The notes below the pieces were generated by a model, which saw only the letters and a list, made by a program, of their open reading frames with translations, had not been told where the DNA came from and did no database searches. The position numbers were made by a program, and so were the translations under genes. Of a DNA stretch of 64,000 bases, positions 1 to 8,754 are shown one piece after another (the stretch's first letter is position 1; every line of letters starts with the position of its first letter). The DNA is from Candidatus Poribacteria bacterium. Lineage in GTDB: Bacteria > Poribacteria > WGA-4E > GCA-2687025. Location of the stretch: NCBI GenBank assembly GCA_963665845.2, contig OY762492.1, positions 2,688,001-2,752,000 on the forward strand. Direction: 5' to 3'.

Positions 1-34
1 CGTTCATTTGTCCGCCCTTCCGTCTTCAGCCGAT

Positions 35-349
35 TCATTCTTTGCCGTCATCCGTCCGCGTTTGCTCTAGCGCTAACGTCTCGCGCTCGCGTTGTTCGTC
101 GGGGAGCTGGAGCTGCGCCGCCGTTTGACTGCGCAGATCGTCCAGCGCCAAGGTCACGTTCGCGTATTGGCTGTCAAAGCGCTGACGCATCTCCGCCATC
201 TCGTTCAGCGCCGCCTTCAGCTCTTCCTTAAGGGCGGCATTCTCCTTTTTGGATCGGGATCTGTCGCGCAAAGCTCCGAGCAGTATACTCCCCCAACGAC
301 CGACGATTCCCATACCGATAATGATCAGAACAAAGACAAAAAAGTTCAT
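35..349 (-). CDS. small membrane-anchored coiled-coil hypothetical protein
   Basis: N-terminal hydrophobic helix (MNFFVFVLIIIGMGIVG) followed by a heptad-like charged helix; ATG at 349 chosen over the longer ORF start. Confidence 0.6.
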   Translation of the reverse strand: MNFFVFVLIIIGMGIVGRWGSILLGALRDRSRSKKENAALKEELKAALNEMAEMRQRFDSQYANVTLALDDLRSQTAAQLQLPDEQRERETLALEQTRTDDGKE

Positions 350-378
350 TGTCAGCCTTTCTGTTTTCTGCCGGCGCG

Positions 379-1853
379 TCAAAGATACCCCAGCTCCTCC
401 AACCGCGCCGCGATCTTCGCCTCATCCTCTTCAGAGTACGCCTCCGCTTCCGCCTCGTCCTCCTCCAGCAGGTTGGCGCCTTGCGCGTCCGTCGGCGGCT
501 CAACGCCCAGCAGGTCTAAGACGGTCGGCGCGATATCCAGCAGGCTCATGCCCAGGCGCGGCGACGGCTCATGCTCAACGCCCGGACCCGCCGCGATGAA
601 GACGCCGCGTTCCGCGTGGTTCGCGTCGTCCGGCCCCGTGTCGTTCTCAAACGTGTAAATATGCCCCGACCCGACCTGCCCGATGGAGCGCCAATGCAGC
701 CCGCCGAACTCCGCTATCAGATCGGGCGCGGCGCCGTTCACCTGGGCGTACAGATCTTCAGGGCGGCGCACCCGCGTTCCGATCGGTTTGCCTTCGTTAT
801 CGCCCAGCGCCTCTAGGCTTTCGATGATCTCGTCGCGCAGCGTTTCAACCTGCGCCTTCGGGACGGCGCCTTGCGGCTCGCGCCCCTTGATGTTCAGGAA
901 AATGCGCCCATAATAACCGCCCTCTCCCCATACGCGCGTTTTTTGCCAGTCGATCATCTCTGCGGTCAGGCGCGTCGGTTCGGGCGGCGCCTCTTTGAGC
1001 GTCAAATACCCGTTCTGGATGAGCCACTCGTTGAGGCAGATTCCGCCGTCCATGCGTTTCGCGCCATGGTCGGAGGCGATCAGGACGGTCGTTTCGTCGC
1101 CGAGTATGTCCATGAACCGCCCGATTTCGGCGTCCATCTCGACATAAAAATCGCGCACAACGTTTTCATACGGGTTGCCCTGTTCATACAGCCGATGCCG
1201 CGGGTCCACATACCGCCAAAATGCGTGGTGAAGCCTGTCGACCGCCATGACGACCATCGCAAAGAAACGCCATGGCTTCGTCTGCGCGAGTCGGCGGGCG
1301 GCGGCGAACCGCTTCCGCATCATTTCGTACAGCTGCGTCAACAGCGCGTCTTTCGGCTCCATGCGGAAATTGCGGACATCGAACAGATAGCCGCCGGCGG
1401 CGCGGTTCACCTCCGCCGCGAGCGAAGCGGGGTGCGTGAAAACGCGGTCGGCGTCCGGCGTCAAAAAGCAAGAGACGAGACAGCCGTTCATCGGACGCGG
1501 CGGATAGCTGGGCGGAACGCCGACAACGACGCTTTGTTCCGACATGGAGCCGAGTATGTCCCACAAGGTCGGCGCCTTGATCGAACGGAGGAGGCGAGCG
1601 ACAACGGCGCATAGGAATGATCAGCGCGGTTTCGGAAGCCGTACACGCCCAACGCTCCTGGGTCGCGGCTCGTCATCATGCACATCCATGCGGGAACGGT
1701 GATGGGCGGCGAGACGCTTTCCAGTTCGCCGTGGACGCCGCGGTCCGCCAGCGCTTTCAGATTCGGCAAGCCGTTCAAACTTTTTCCAAACAGAAACTGC
1801 GGCGTCAAGCAGTCGATGCCGATGAGCGCGACTCGTTCCGTTTTCTTTACCAT
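379..1853 (-). pseudogene. alkaline phosphatase superfamily (type I phosphodiesterase/nucleotide pyrophosphatase-like) protein with one frameshift near 1587-1590
   Basis: N-terminus (VALIGIDC..PPITVPAWMCMMT) is in one frame and the C-terminus (DRLHH, SDHG, DIAPT, RLEELGYL) is in another; adding one C at TCCTCC^GTTCGATCAAG restores ..ASSRSIKAPTLWDIL. Confidence 0.8.
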
Positions 1854-2536
1854 TTTGCGTTCATCGCAAAGCGGGGCTGGGCGCTGACATTCATGCTGCC
1901 GCTGTGGGCGGTGAAGATGCTGTAAAAGAGAATGTCGCCGCGCTTCGGCGTCGTTTCGACAGGCGCGCCGATGTCCAAATCTCGAAACGCCTGCGCCAAT
2001 TCCCACATGAGCGCATACGCTTCAGGATTGCTGCGCGCGAGCGAAACCGCTTTCAGATGCGACTTTGGCCAGACAAGCGTCCCGCCGCCATGCTTCGGCA
2101 CATCGTTTAAAAACAGCATGGAGGCAAGGCGGCATGGCGTCGGGAAGGTTTTGTGACCATGCTCTTTGATGGAGTGGTCAAGGTGCGGTCCGCCGGGGCG
2201 CCATTCGCCCTCGGTCGGAAAGATGTTGATGCAGTAGGCGCCGCCGGGCGGGCGGTAGGCGTCCTGAACAGGAGGCGCGTCGCCCAGCTGCGCGACCGCC
2301 GCCATCGCTTCGGGCGTGTAACAGGCGGTCAGGTCGGGGTCTTTAAACACCTGATGCCCTCTCGGCGCGTCCGCCCATGCCGCCGGGTTGTCAGGGTCCA
2401 GTTTCAGGTTGCGCCACATGGCGTCGTAGGCGCGGCGGGCGGTCTCGTCGGGCACCAGACCCGATGCGAGCAGATACCCGTTCTCCAAATAATACTCGAT
2501 TTGCTCCTGCGTCAGCGGAGCCGCTGTTTCATTCAT
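1847..2536 (-). CDS. phytanoyl-CoA dioxygenase (PhyH) family Fe(II)/2OG oxygenase
   Basis: YLENGYLL start, HLD (HxD), GGT.VWPKSH, GD...F..H, distal Arg. Confidence 0.85.
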   Translation of the reverse strand: MNETAAPLTQEQIEYYLENGYLLASGLVPDETARRAYDAMWRNLKLDPDNPAAWADAPRGHQVFKDPDLTACYTPEAMAAVAQLGDAPPVQDAYRPPGGAYCINIFPTEGEWRPGGPHLDHSIKEHGHKTFPTPCRLASMLFLNDVPKHGGGTLVWPKSHLKAVSLARSNPEAYALMWELAQAFRDLDIGAPVETTPKRGDILFYSIFTAHSGSMNVSAQPRFAMNAKW

Positions 2537-3248
2537 GCCGTTGCCTTTCATGATCGTTCTCGAACCTCATCTTGCACAATTCAGCAATCTCATTGATCTC
2601 AACGCCCCGCCAGTTTTCCACCTCCGATCGATGCGGATCGTAGACATCGGTCAGGTCAACCCGTATCAGTATCGGAAACATGCCGACAGCCGCGGCTCCT
2701 GTCAGCTCTTCGCTGCTTCCGTCTCCAATATAGACGCATTCCAGCGGCTTTACATTCAACCGGCGGCATGCGGTCTCATAGATCGCCCGCGCCGGCTTCT
2801 GGATCCGCTCCTCGCATGAGAACGCCGCCGCGTCTATATATGTTGCCAAGGGCGATTGGGGAAAACATTTCACCGTGTCCGATGCGCAATTTGTGATCAT
2901 GCCGAGAAGCAGCCCGCGCGATTTTAATTCGGCGAGAGCGTTCAACGTTTCAGCGTCAGGAATGAGCGCCTTTTGGGTGAATCGATACCTCAGGGCGGCC
3001 GCCTGCGCTATCTGCGGGCGGTTCGCTTTTCTGCCTAAACGCCTGCATGCCTCGACAAGGTTTTCTTCTACGGAACGGCCTTTTCCTACGGCGCGCTCAT
3101 AAAACAGCCGCTTCATTGCTTCCCGAAATTCAGGATACGGCGCATGCAATACCGCCGCTGTTTCCTCTAAAACTTGATCATACGCCCTGCGGCTATAGGA
3201 CGGTACCAACGTTCCGAACAGATCAAAGATGAGCGCTTTATACCGCAT
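2529..3248 (-). CDS. HAD-superfamily hydrolase
   Basis: FDLFGTL motif I, ITN, KP, YIGDG motif. Confidence 0.85.
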   Translation of the reverse strand: MRYKALIFDLFGTLVPSYSRRAYDQVLEETAAVLHAPYPEFREAMKRLFYERAVGKGRSVEENLVEACRRLGRKANRPQIAQAAALRYRFTQKALIPDAETLNALAELKSRGLLLGMITNCASDTVKCFPQSPLATYIDAAAFSCEERIQKPARAIYETACRRLNVKPLECVYIGDGSSEELTGAAAVGMFPILIRVDLTDVYDPHRSEVENWRGVEINEIAELCKMRFENDHERQRHE

Positions 3249-3258
3249 TTTTTGAACG

Positions 3259-4017
3259 TTAAAGCGGAGCGTTTGACAAATCAGGCTCCTGCCAGACGCC
3301 CGACGCCGCGTTCGTTAAGACCGCTCTCTGGGACGGCGAGACCGCCGCCAGCGTCCTCGGCGACGGCTGATAGCCCGGCCACACCGCCGCGTCCGCCCGC
3401 CCAAAGTTGACGATGATCGTCTTGCGCGTTTTGTTGGAGCGGTTCGGCAACCCGTTATGCAGCAGCCCCTCATTGAAGAGGATAATGTCGCCCGCCTCAA
3501 CGTCGTCAAACGCATGCGGCTCTTGCCCGTCAACGCCTGGGCGGTGCGAACCCGGCGCTACGGCGAATTCGCCCTCCTCGGCGCCGACATCGGTCAAGCA
3601 GTAAAAAACCTTCACCATCGGGCAGATGAACGCCCCGCGCGACACATGCCCGTTCGCATGGCTGCTGACGCCCCGGTGCCATCTGCCGCCTTCGTAGCCT
3701 GGATACGTATAGTACAGCTCATTGTCGATATGCCGATAGTCGGCGCCAAGAAACGTCTCCAGATACGGCGCGGCGGCGGGATGGTTTAAAAAACAGGCGA
3801 AGCGCGGATCCGCGTCGATGATGCGCGACACGGGGCGGTTCAGCTGATGCCGTATGCGATCGGGGTCGTCCGCGTTCAGCGCTTCAATATCGGACGACTC
3901 CGCCTCCGCCGCCCATTTCAGCGTTTCCGCGACCTCATCGGGCTTCATGCCGTTTTTGAGATGCAGATAGCCGAGAACGTCAAACGCGCCTCCGATCTCT
4001 TTGCGGGGATCGTTCAT
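3259..4017 (-). CDS. PhyH-family Fe(II)/2OG oxygenase (HxG variant)
   Basis: F..LGYL, WHRG, LTDV...G.F.V.PGSH, AGD.ILFNE.LLHNG, distal Arg. Confidence 0.8.
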   Translation of the reverse strand: MNDPRKEIGGAFDVLGYLHLKNGMKPDEVAETLKWAAEAESSDIEALNADDPDRIRHQLNRPVSRIIDADPRFACFLNHPAAAPYLETFLGADYRHIDNELYYTYPGYEGGRWHRGVSSHANGHVSRGAFICPMVKVFYCLTDVGAEEGEFAVAPGSHRPGVDGQEPHAFDDVEAGDIILFNEGLLHNGLPNRSNKTRKTIIVNFGRADAAVWPGYQPSPRTLAAVSPSQRAVLTNAASGVWQEPDLSNAPL

Positions 4018-5087
4018 GGGGACGGCCGCTCGTCTTCTGGGACATCCTGATAAACCTCCTCCAGCGAATGGAACCCGTCCTTGACGACAACGCTGTACAG
4101 GTTGTTTTTGTCGACCTGGACAGGGTCCAGCAGGACCGACGGCACATCGATTTTGCCGTTCGGGGTTGTCTGGTTTGCCGCGGGCTTTTCGCCTTTCGCC
4201 AGGGCGACCGCCAGCTCGGCGGCGCGTTCGGCAAGCGGCTTCAACGGCTTATACACCGTCATCGTCTGCAGACCGGCGGCGATGCGTTGACAGGCGGCAA
4301 GGTCGGCGTCCTGCCCGCTCACCGCTGTTTTCCCGGCGAGACCCTGCGCGCGCAGCGCCTCCACGGCGCCGCCCGCCGTCCCGTCGTTCGAAGCGACGAT
4401 GGCGTCGATCATGTTGCGGTTTGCTGTCAAAGCGTTCTCCACATGCGCCAGCGCCGCGTCAGGGTCCCAGTTGTCTGTCCATTGCTGTCCGACGACCGTC
4501 ACGGCGCCCGATTCGATGAGCGGCATCAAGGCGCGCATCTGCCCTTGTCGCAGCAGCAGCGCGTTGTTGTCGGACGGCGAGCCGCCCAGCAGAAAGTAGT
4601 TGCCCTTCGGGACAACGCGCGTCAGATACTCCGCCTGCATATATCCGACCCGCTCATTGTCGAACGAGATATACAGGTCCAGATCGCAGTTTCGGATGAT
4701 GCGGTCGTAGGCGAGGACGGGGACGCCCGCCTTTTTCGCCGCTTCCACAATCGCCGCGGCGGCTTCGCCGTCGCGCGGGATGACGACCAGCGCGTCCACG
4801 CCCTGCGCGAGCAGGTTTTCCGCCTGCGAATTCTGTCGGTCGGCGCTGCCGTCCGCCGATTGAACCAGCGCCTCGCCGCCCAGCTCCTCAACGCGCGCCT
4901 TGAACAGGTCTCTGTCCCGCTTCCACCGCTCCACGCGCAGCGAGTCCATCGACAAGCCGATGCGCAGCGTCCCCGTTTTTTCCGCCTTTTCCGTCTTCTC
5001 CGTTTCTTCCGTTTTCTCCGGCGAGGGGCAACCCGCCAGAAACGCGCACAGCGCCGCCGCCGCCATCCATACCGTTAATCGCCGCAT
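4014..5087 (-). CDS. xylF: D-xylose ABC transporter substrate-binding lipoprotein
   Basis: lipobox LAGC; ERWKRDRD, YDR, ISFDNERVG, ASNDGTAGG, SGQDADLAA, QTMTVYKP typical of XylF. Confidence 0.85.
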   Translation of the reverse strand: MRRLTVWMAAAALCAFLAGCPSPEKTEETEKTEKAEKTGTLRIGLSMDSLRVERWKRDRDLFKARVEELGGEALVQSADGSADRQNSQAENLLAQGVDALVVIPRDGEAAAAIVEAAKKAGVPVLAYDRIIRNCDLDLYISFDNERVGYMQAEYLTRVVPKGNYFLLGGSPSDNNALLLRQGQMRALMPLIESGAVTVVGQQWTDNWDPDAALAHVENALTANRNMIDAIVASNDGTAGGAVEALRAQGLAGKTAVSGQDADLAACQRIAAGLQTMTVYKPLKPLAERAAELAVALAKGEKPAANQTTPNGKIDVPSVLLDPVQVDKNNLYSVVVKDGFHSLEEVYQDVPEDERPSP

Positions 5088-6343
5088 GTCGCTTCTCCGT
5101 TCTCTTTCGTGTCTGATTTCAGTTCCAGCCTGACAATGTCGCCTCTCAACGCCTCGCCGGTCACCAGAACGGCGCGCGACATGGCGGGGCGCATCGCCTC
5201 TTCGACTCGTATTGTTCCAATCAGTTTTTCGACCGCGCCGATCTTTTCGCCGGTGTCAGGGTCCAGCACCGGCTCGCCTTCTCGATAGACGCGGAACATG
5301 TCGCCCGTTTTTACCTTGTGTTTTCCGCCGAGATTGATGTAGATCTCGTTCTCCTGTATAAACGCGATTTTTCCGATCAGCGCCTCCCGCGCCGGCTCCG
5401 CCTCCCCCTCTTCAGGCAGCGCCGGCCCGATGCGGTCCCGCAGCTGGACGACCGCCGAATTCAGCGTCTTCGCCGTGACAATTCCAAGCAGCGTTCGGCG
5501 GTAGTTGGGCGGCGCGCCTCGTTTTTCCGGCGCGTCCCAGCCGTTGACGCCGAATTTGATCCTGTTCAAAAGGCTGTATTCCACAATGGGCGGCTGTCGT
5601 TTCGGCGCGGCGGCGTCTTGAGAGCCGAGCCTTGTGGACGCCCCTTGGTTGTCTAAGGAGGTCGCGAGCGGACCTGTCTGCGCGGAGCCGACGGAATAGG
5701 TCGCCGTTTCGTCGATGCGCGCGGACAGCAGCTCACGCCCCTCCGGTCCGTAGGCGGTGAACTGAACCCGCGCGGAGGCGCGATAATGCGCCGCCTCCAC
5801 CCCGACCTTGCCGGTTGCTGAAAACGTCCCTCCGCCGCCCATCTTTCCGCTTGTTCCGCCGCGCAGCCGTTCCTGTCTGAACTTTTCGATCTTGCCGGTC
5901 AGGAGCGCGTCCGCGCCGAGATGCGCCGCGAGCCGTTTTCGCGCCGCCTCTTTTTTGAGGTCTTTTGGATTCAGCTTGAGCTGCGCCAGCGCCGCGTTCA
6001 TCTCTTCTGGGGAGATCGGCTCGTATCCGTAGGCGCTTTCCAGCGTTGTCGTCAGCATGTCGCGGAAGCCCGCCGCAAGGTCCCACCGCTCGCGCGCCCC
6101 GCGCGTCCGCCCGAACAGCTTCTCCAGAGGTCCCATCGGAATGCATCCGCATCCGCGCGGAGAGTCGAACCCGGAGCTGTCTTGAAATTCAAGAACGGCA
6201 AGCCGCTTGTTGAACGACTCATCCGCCGACCATGCTGTTGAAAGGGCGGCGAAGAGAAACGCCGCGGCGGCAAAAAGCGCGCCGGTTTTTAAAACGCGCG
6301 CGGAAAACGGACGGGCAAATTTAAAAAAGAAAAAAAGAGGCAA
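5075..6343 (-). CDS. exported CsgG/FlgT-like protein (start uncertain)
   Basis: signal peptide; KRLAVLEF and LGADALLTGKI resemble CsgG/FlgO; C-terminal IYINLG...G..F.VYR.G....DPDTGE.IG resembles FlgT C-terminal domain. Confidence 0.6.
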   Translation of the reverse strand: MPLFFFFKFARPFSARVLKTGALFAAAAFLFAALSTAWSADESFNKRLAVLEFQDSSGFDSPRGCGCIPMGPLEKLFGRTRGARERWDLAAGFRDMLTTTLESAYGYEPISPEEMNAALAQLKLNPKDLKKEAARKRLAAHLGADALLTGKIEKFRQERLRGGTSGKMGGGGTFSATGKVGVEAAHYRASARVQFTAYGPEGRELLSARIDETATYSVGSAQTGPLATSLDNQGASTRLGSQDAAAPKRQPPIVEYSLLNRIKFGVNGWDAPEKRGAPPNYRRTLLGIVTAKTLNSAVVQLRDRIGPALPEEGEAEPAREALIGKIAFIQENEIYINLGGKHKVKTGDMFRVYREGEPVLDPDTGEKIGAVEKLIGTIRVEEAMRPAMSRAVLVTGEALRGDIVRLELKSDTKENGEATCGD

Positions 6344-6365
6344 GGAATGCTCCTCCAGAGGCGGC

Positions 6366-6629
6366 TCATCCGCCGCGTATCGCCGGTATAAAATGGATTT
6401 CGCTGTCGGGCTGGACAGGTTGAATGAGACCCATCGTTTCCGTTTCGCCGTCGATGGAGGCGGCGACGCCCGGCATCAGCTCTCCGTCCTGCGTGAGCCG
6501 CTTTTTGACGCCCGGAAAAAGTTCCTCAAGCGCGTCAATAATCTGCCGAAGCGTCGCGCCTTCCAGCTCCACCTGCTCAACGCCGCCTGTATGCCGCCGC
6601 ATCAACGGCGGTATAAATACGGTCGCCAT
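6366..6629 (-). CDS. MoaD/ThiS family sulfur carrier protein
   Basis: 87 aa ubiquitin-like sequence ending in IPAIRGG. Confidence 0.85.
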   Translation of the reverse strand: MATVFIPPLMRRHTGGVEQVELEGATLRQIIDALEELFPGVKKRLTQDGELMPGVAASIDGETETMGLIQPVQPDSEIHFIPAIRGG

Positions 6630-6712
6630 GTCGATCCTCCTCCGCGTTTGACCCAGAACAATGCGCCGCATGGCATGATACTCCTGTTTGAGTCGACGCG
6701 CAAATGAAAGGA

Positions 6713-7251
6713 CTGACCTCATGCATAAAGTTGGGACACTTGAACCGACGATCGCTCTATTCATGGGAAAAGGCGCCGCCAAACAGTTCGTCATTCCCGC
6801 GCAAGCGGGAATCTTAAGGCGTCGCAGCCGCCGTGGCGGCTAAAACCCCCCCAGCCCCCCTTTTCAAGGGGGGAGTCTAGAAACCCCGCGCCCCCTGCCT
6901 CCCGCTGGTCGTCATTCCCGCGCAAGCGGGAATCTTAAGGCGTCGCAGCCGCCGTGGCGGCTAAAACCCCCCCAGCCCCTCTTTTCAAGGGGGGAGTCTA
7001 GAAACCCCGCGCCCCCTGCCTCCCGCTGGTCGTCATTCCCGCGCAAGCGGGAATCTTAAGGCGTCGCAGCCGCCGTGGCGGCTAAAACCCCCCAGCCCCC
7101 CTTTCAAGGGGGGAGTCTAGAAACCCCGCGCCCCCTGCCTCCCGCTGGTCGTCATTCCCGCGCAAGCGGGAATCCAGATGCGCCGCAAGAGACGTCCGCC
7201 CTTGCGGTAAGACTTCATGCCGACATGTCCCAACTAAAGAAGCAAGGTCAG
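6713..7251. mobile_element. MITE-like element (family 1) enclosing a tandem array
   Basis: 26-bp imperfect terminal inverted repeats CTGACCTCATGCATAAAGTTGGGACA (6713-6738) and, on the other strand, CTGACCTTGCTTCTTTAGTTGGGACA (7226-7251); related ends occur at 60973-61140. Confidence 0.65.
6789..7175. repeat. tandem array of a ~120-bp palindrome-rich unit (3 copies plus a partial fourth)
   Basis: units start CGTCATTCCCGCGCAAGCGGGAATC at 6789, 6910, 7031 and 7150 (periods 121, 121, 119) and are near identical. Confidence 0.95.
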
Positions 7252-7369
7252 GCGCCTTCCGTTCACTTTTACTCTAAAAGGCGCTAACATACTGGACAGC
7301 GATTTTAAACAATCCAACCCGTAACGGCGTCTAACAAGATACGCGCCCGACCATGACACGATCGAAAAG

Positions 7370-8734
7370 GTGGATATGGACATACGAAGATTGACGCGGT
7401 TCACATGCTGCTGGATCGCGGCGGCATGCGCCCTTGCCGCAAGCGCGCAAAACGGCGCCGCCCCCGAACCGCCCGACAACCTGAACGAAATACTCGGCAT
7501 TGAGGAATGCATACAGATCGGCCTCGAATACGCGGCTTCCATACGCGCTGCGAGGCTGTCGGAAAGCTCCAGCCGCCTCAGCCTGCAAGACGCGCAATCC
7601 GCTTATCTGCCGACGATCCAGACGCAAGGCTCCTATTTCGCCAACGACCGCATCGATTTTGACATCGAACGCGAAAATCTGGACTGGAGAATCACCGCCA
7701 ACTACACGCTCTGGGACCATGGCAGACGGCGCATTCAGCTGAACCAAGCGCGCAACAGCCTCGAAAGCGCGCAAACCGACCTGGAACGGAACCGGCAAGA
7801 CCTTGTGCTTTCCGTTGTCCGGGCGTACTACAGGCAGCTGGAAGCGCAAAAGCTGGTGGAGCTGGACAAGTCGCTCCTAGAAGCGTCCCAGGAGAACGCT
7901 GAAAAGGTGCGCGCTTTCATGCTGATCGGAAAAACGGCGGTCGAAGCGGATGTCGCCGCCGCGGAAGTGCGCGTCGCCGCGGATGAGCTTTCCCTTCTGA
8001 ACGATGAGAACGCGCTCTCCATCGCCCAAGCTCAACTCCCAAGAACGCTCGGACTCCCTCCCGAACAGCCGATACAGATTGCGGACGACCCAGGCTTCAC
8101 CCTTTATCAAGAAACAGGGCAATTTGAACGGTACGCCAAAACGCTTGAAGAGACGGTCGCCGAGGCGCTTCAAAAACGCCAGGCGGTCAAGGCGTCCGAA
8201 CTGGACCTGCGCTTCTTGGAGCTAAGCCTCAAACGGGCGGCGCGGGAGCGACTGCCGCAACTGACCGCGCAAGCGAACTACGGCGTCGACCTCCATAACT
8301 TTTTGCGCGAACGGGAAAACTTCAAGGAATTTCGGTCATGGGACGCCGCGGCGCGCCTCTCCTTTCCGATCTTCGACGCGGGTTACAACCGCCGCCAGCT
8401 GGACCGCGCCAACATCAATCTTCTGCGGGCGCGAGAGCTGCATGCAGACCTGAAACGCGGCATCTCGCTGGACGCGACGCAGGCGTACTACAATCTCAAA
8501 CAGGCTGAAAAACGGCTCGACATCTCCGCGGTGCAGGTTCGAAACGCGCAGCTGAATCTGGACGTAACAACTGAACAGTACGCGCAGGGGCTGGTGATAT
8601 TGCTTGAGCTGCTGGACGCGCAGACGCAATTTGGGCAGGCAATAACGAATCAGGTCCGCGCCTATTACGACTACAAGATCGCGCAGCGGTCGCTGGAGCG
8701 CTCCGTCGGAAAAGCGGCGCCGGCAGCCCCTTAA
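7370..8734 (+). CDS. TolC family outer membrane efflux protein
   Basis: signal peptide, two OEP repeats (YLPTI..., LPQL...., LSFPIFDAG, Y..G...LELLDAQ). Confidence 0.9.
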   Translation: MDMDIRRLTRFTCCWIAAACALAASAQNGAAPEPPDNLNEILGIEECIQIGLEYAASIRAARLSESSSRLSLQDAQSAYLPTIQTQGSYFANDRIDFDIERENLDWRITANYTLWDHGRRRIQLNQARNSLESAQTDLERNRQDLVLSVVRAYYRQLEAQKLVELDKSLLEASQENAEKVRAFMLIGKTAVEADVAAAEVRVAADELSLLNDENALSIAQAQLPRTLGLPPEQPIQIADDPGFTLYQETGQFERYAKTLEETVAEALQKRQAVKASELDLRFLELSLKRAARERLPQLTAQANYGVDLHNFLRERENFKEFRSWDAAARLSFPIFDAGYNRRQLDRANINLLRARELHADLKRGISLDATQAYYNLKQAEKRLDISAVQVRNAQLNLDVTTEQYAQGLVILLELLDAQTQFGQAITNQVRAYYDYKIAQRSLERSVGKAAPAAP

Positions 8735-8754
8735 CAGAAGCGGAATTCAACCCT

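Noticed and set aside
1575-1600. Programmed ribosomal frameshift
   Set aside because: No slippery sequence seen and no precedent known to me in this enzyme family.
6789-7175. Possible CRISPR array
   Set aside because: The sequence between palindromes is near identical in each unit (no unique spacers), the period is ~120 bp, and no cas genes are present.
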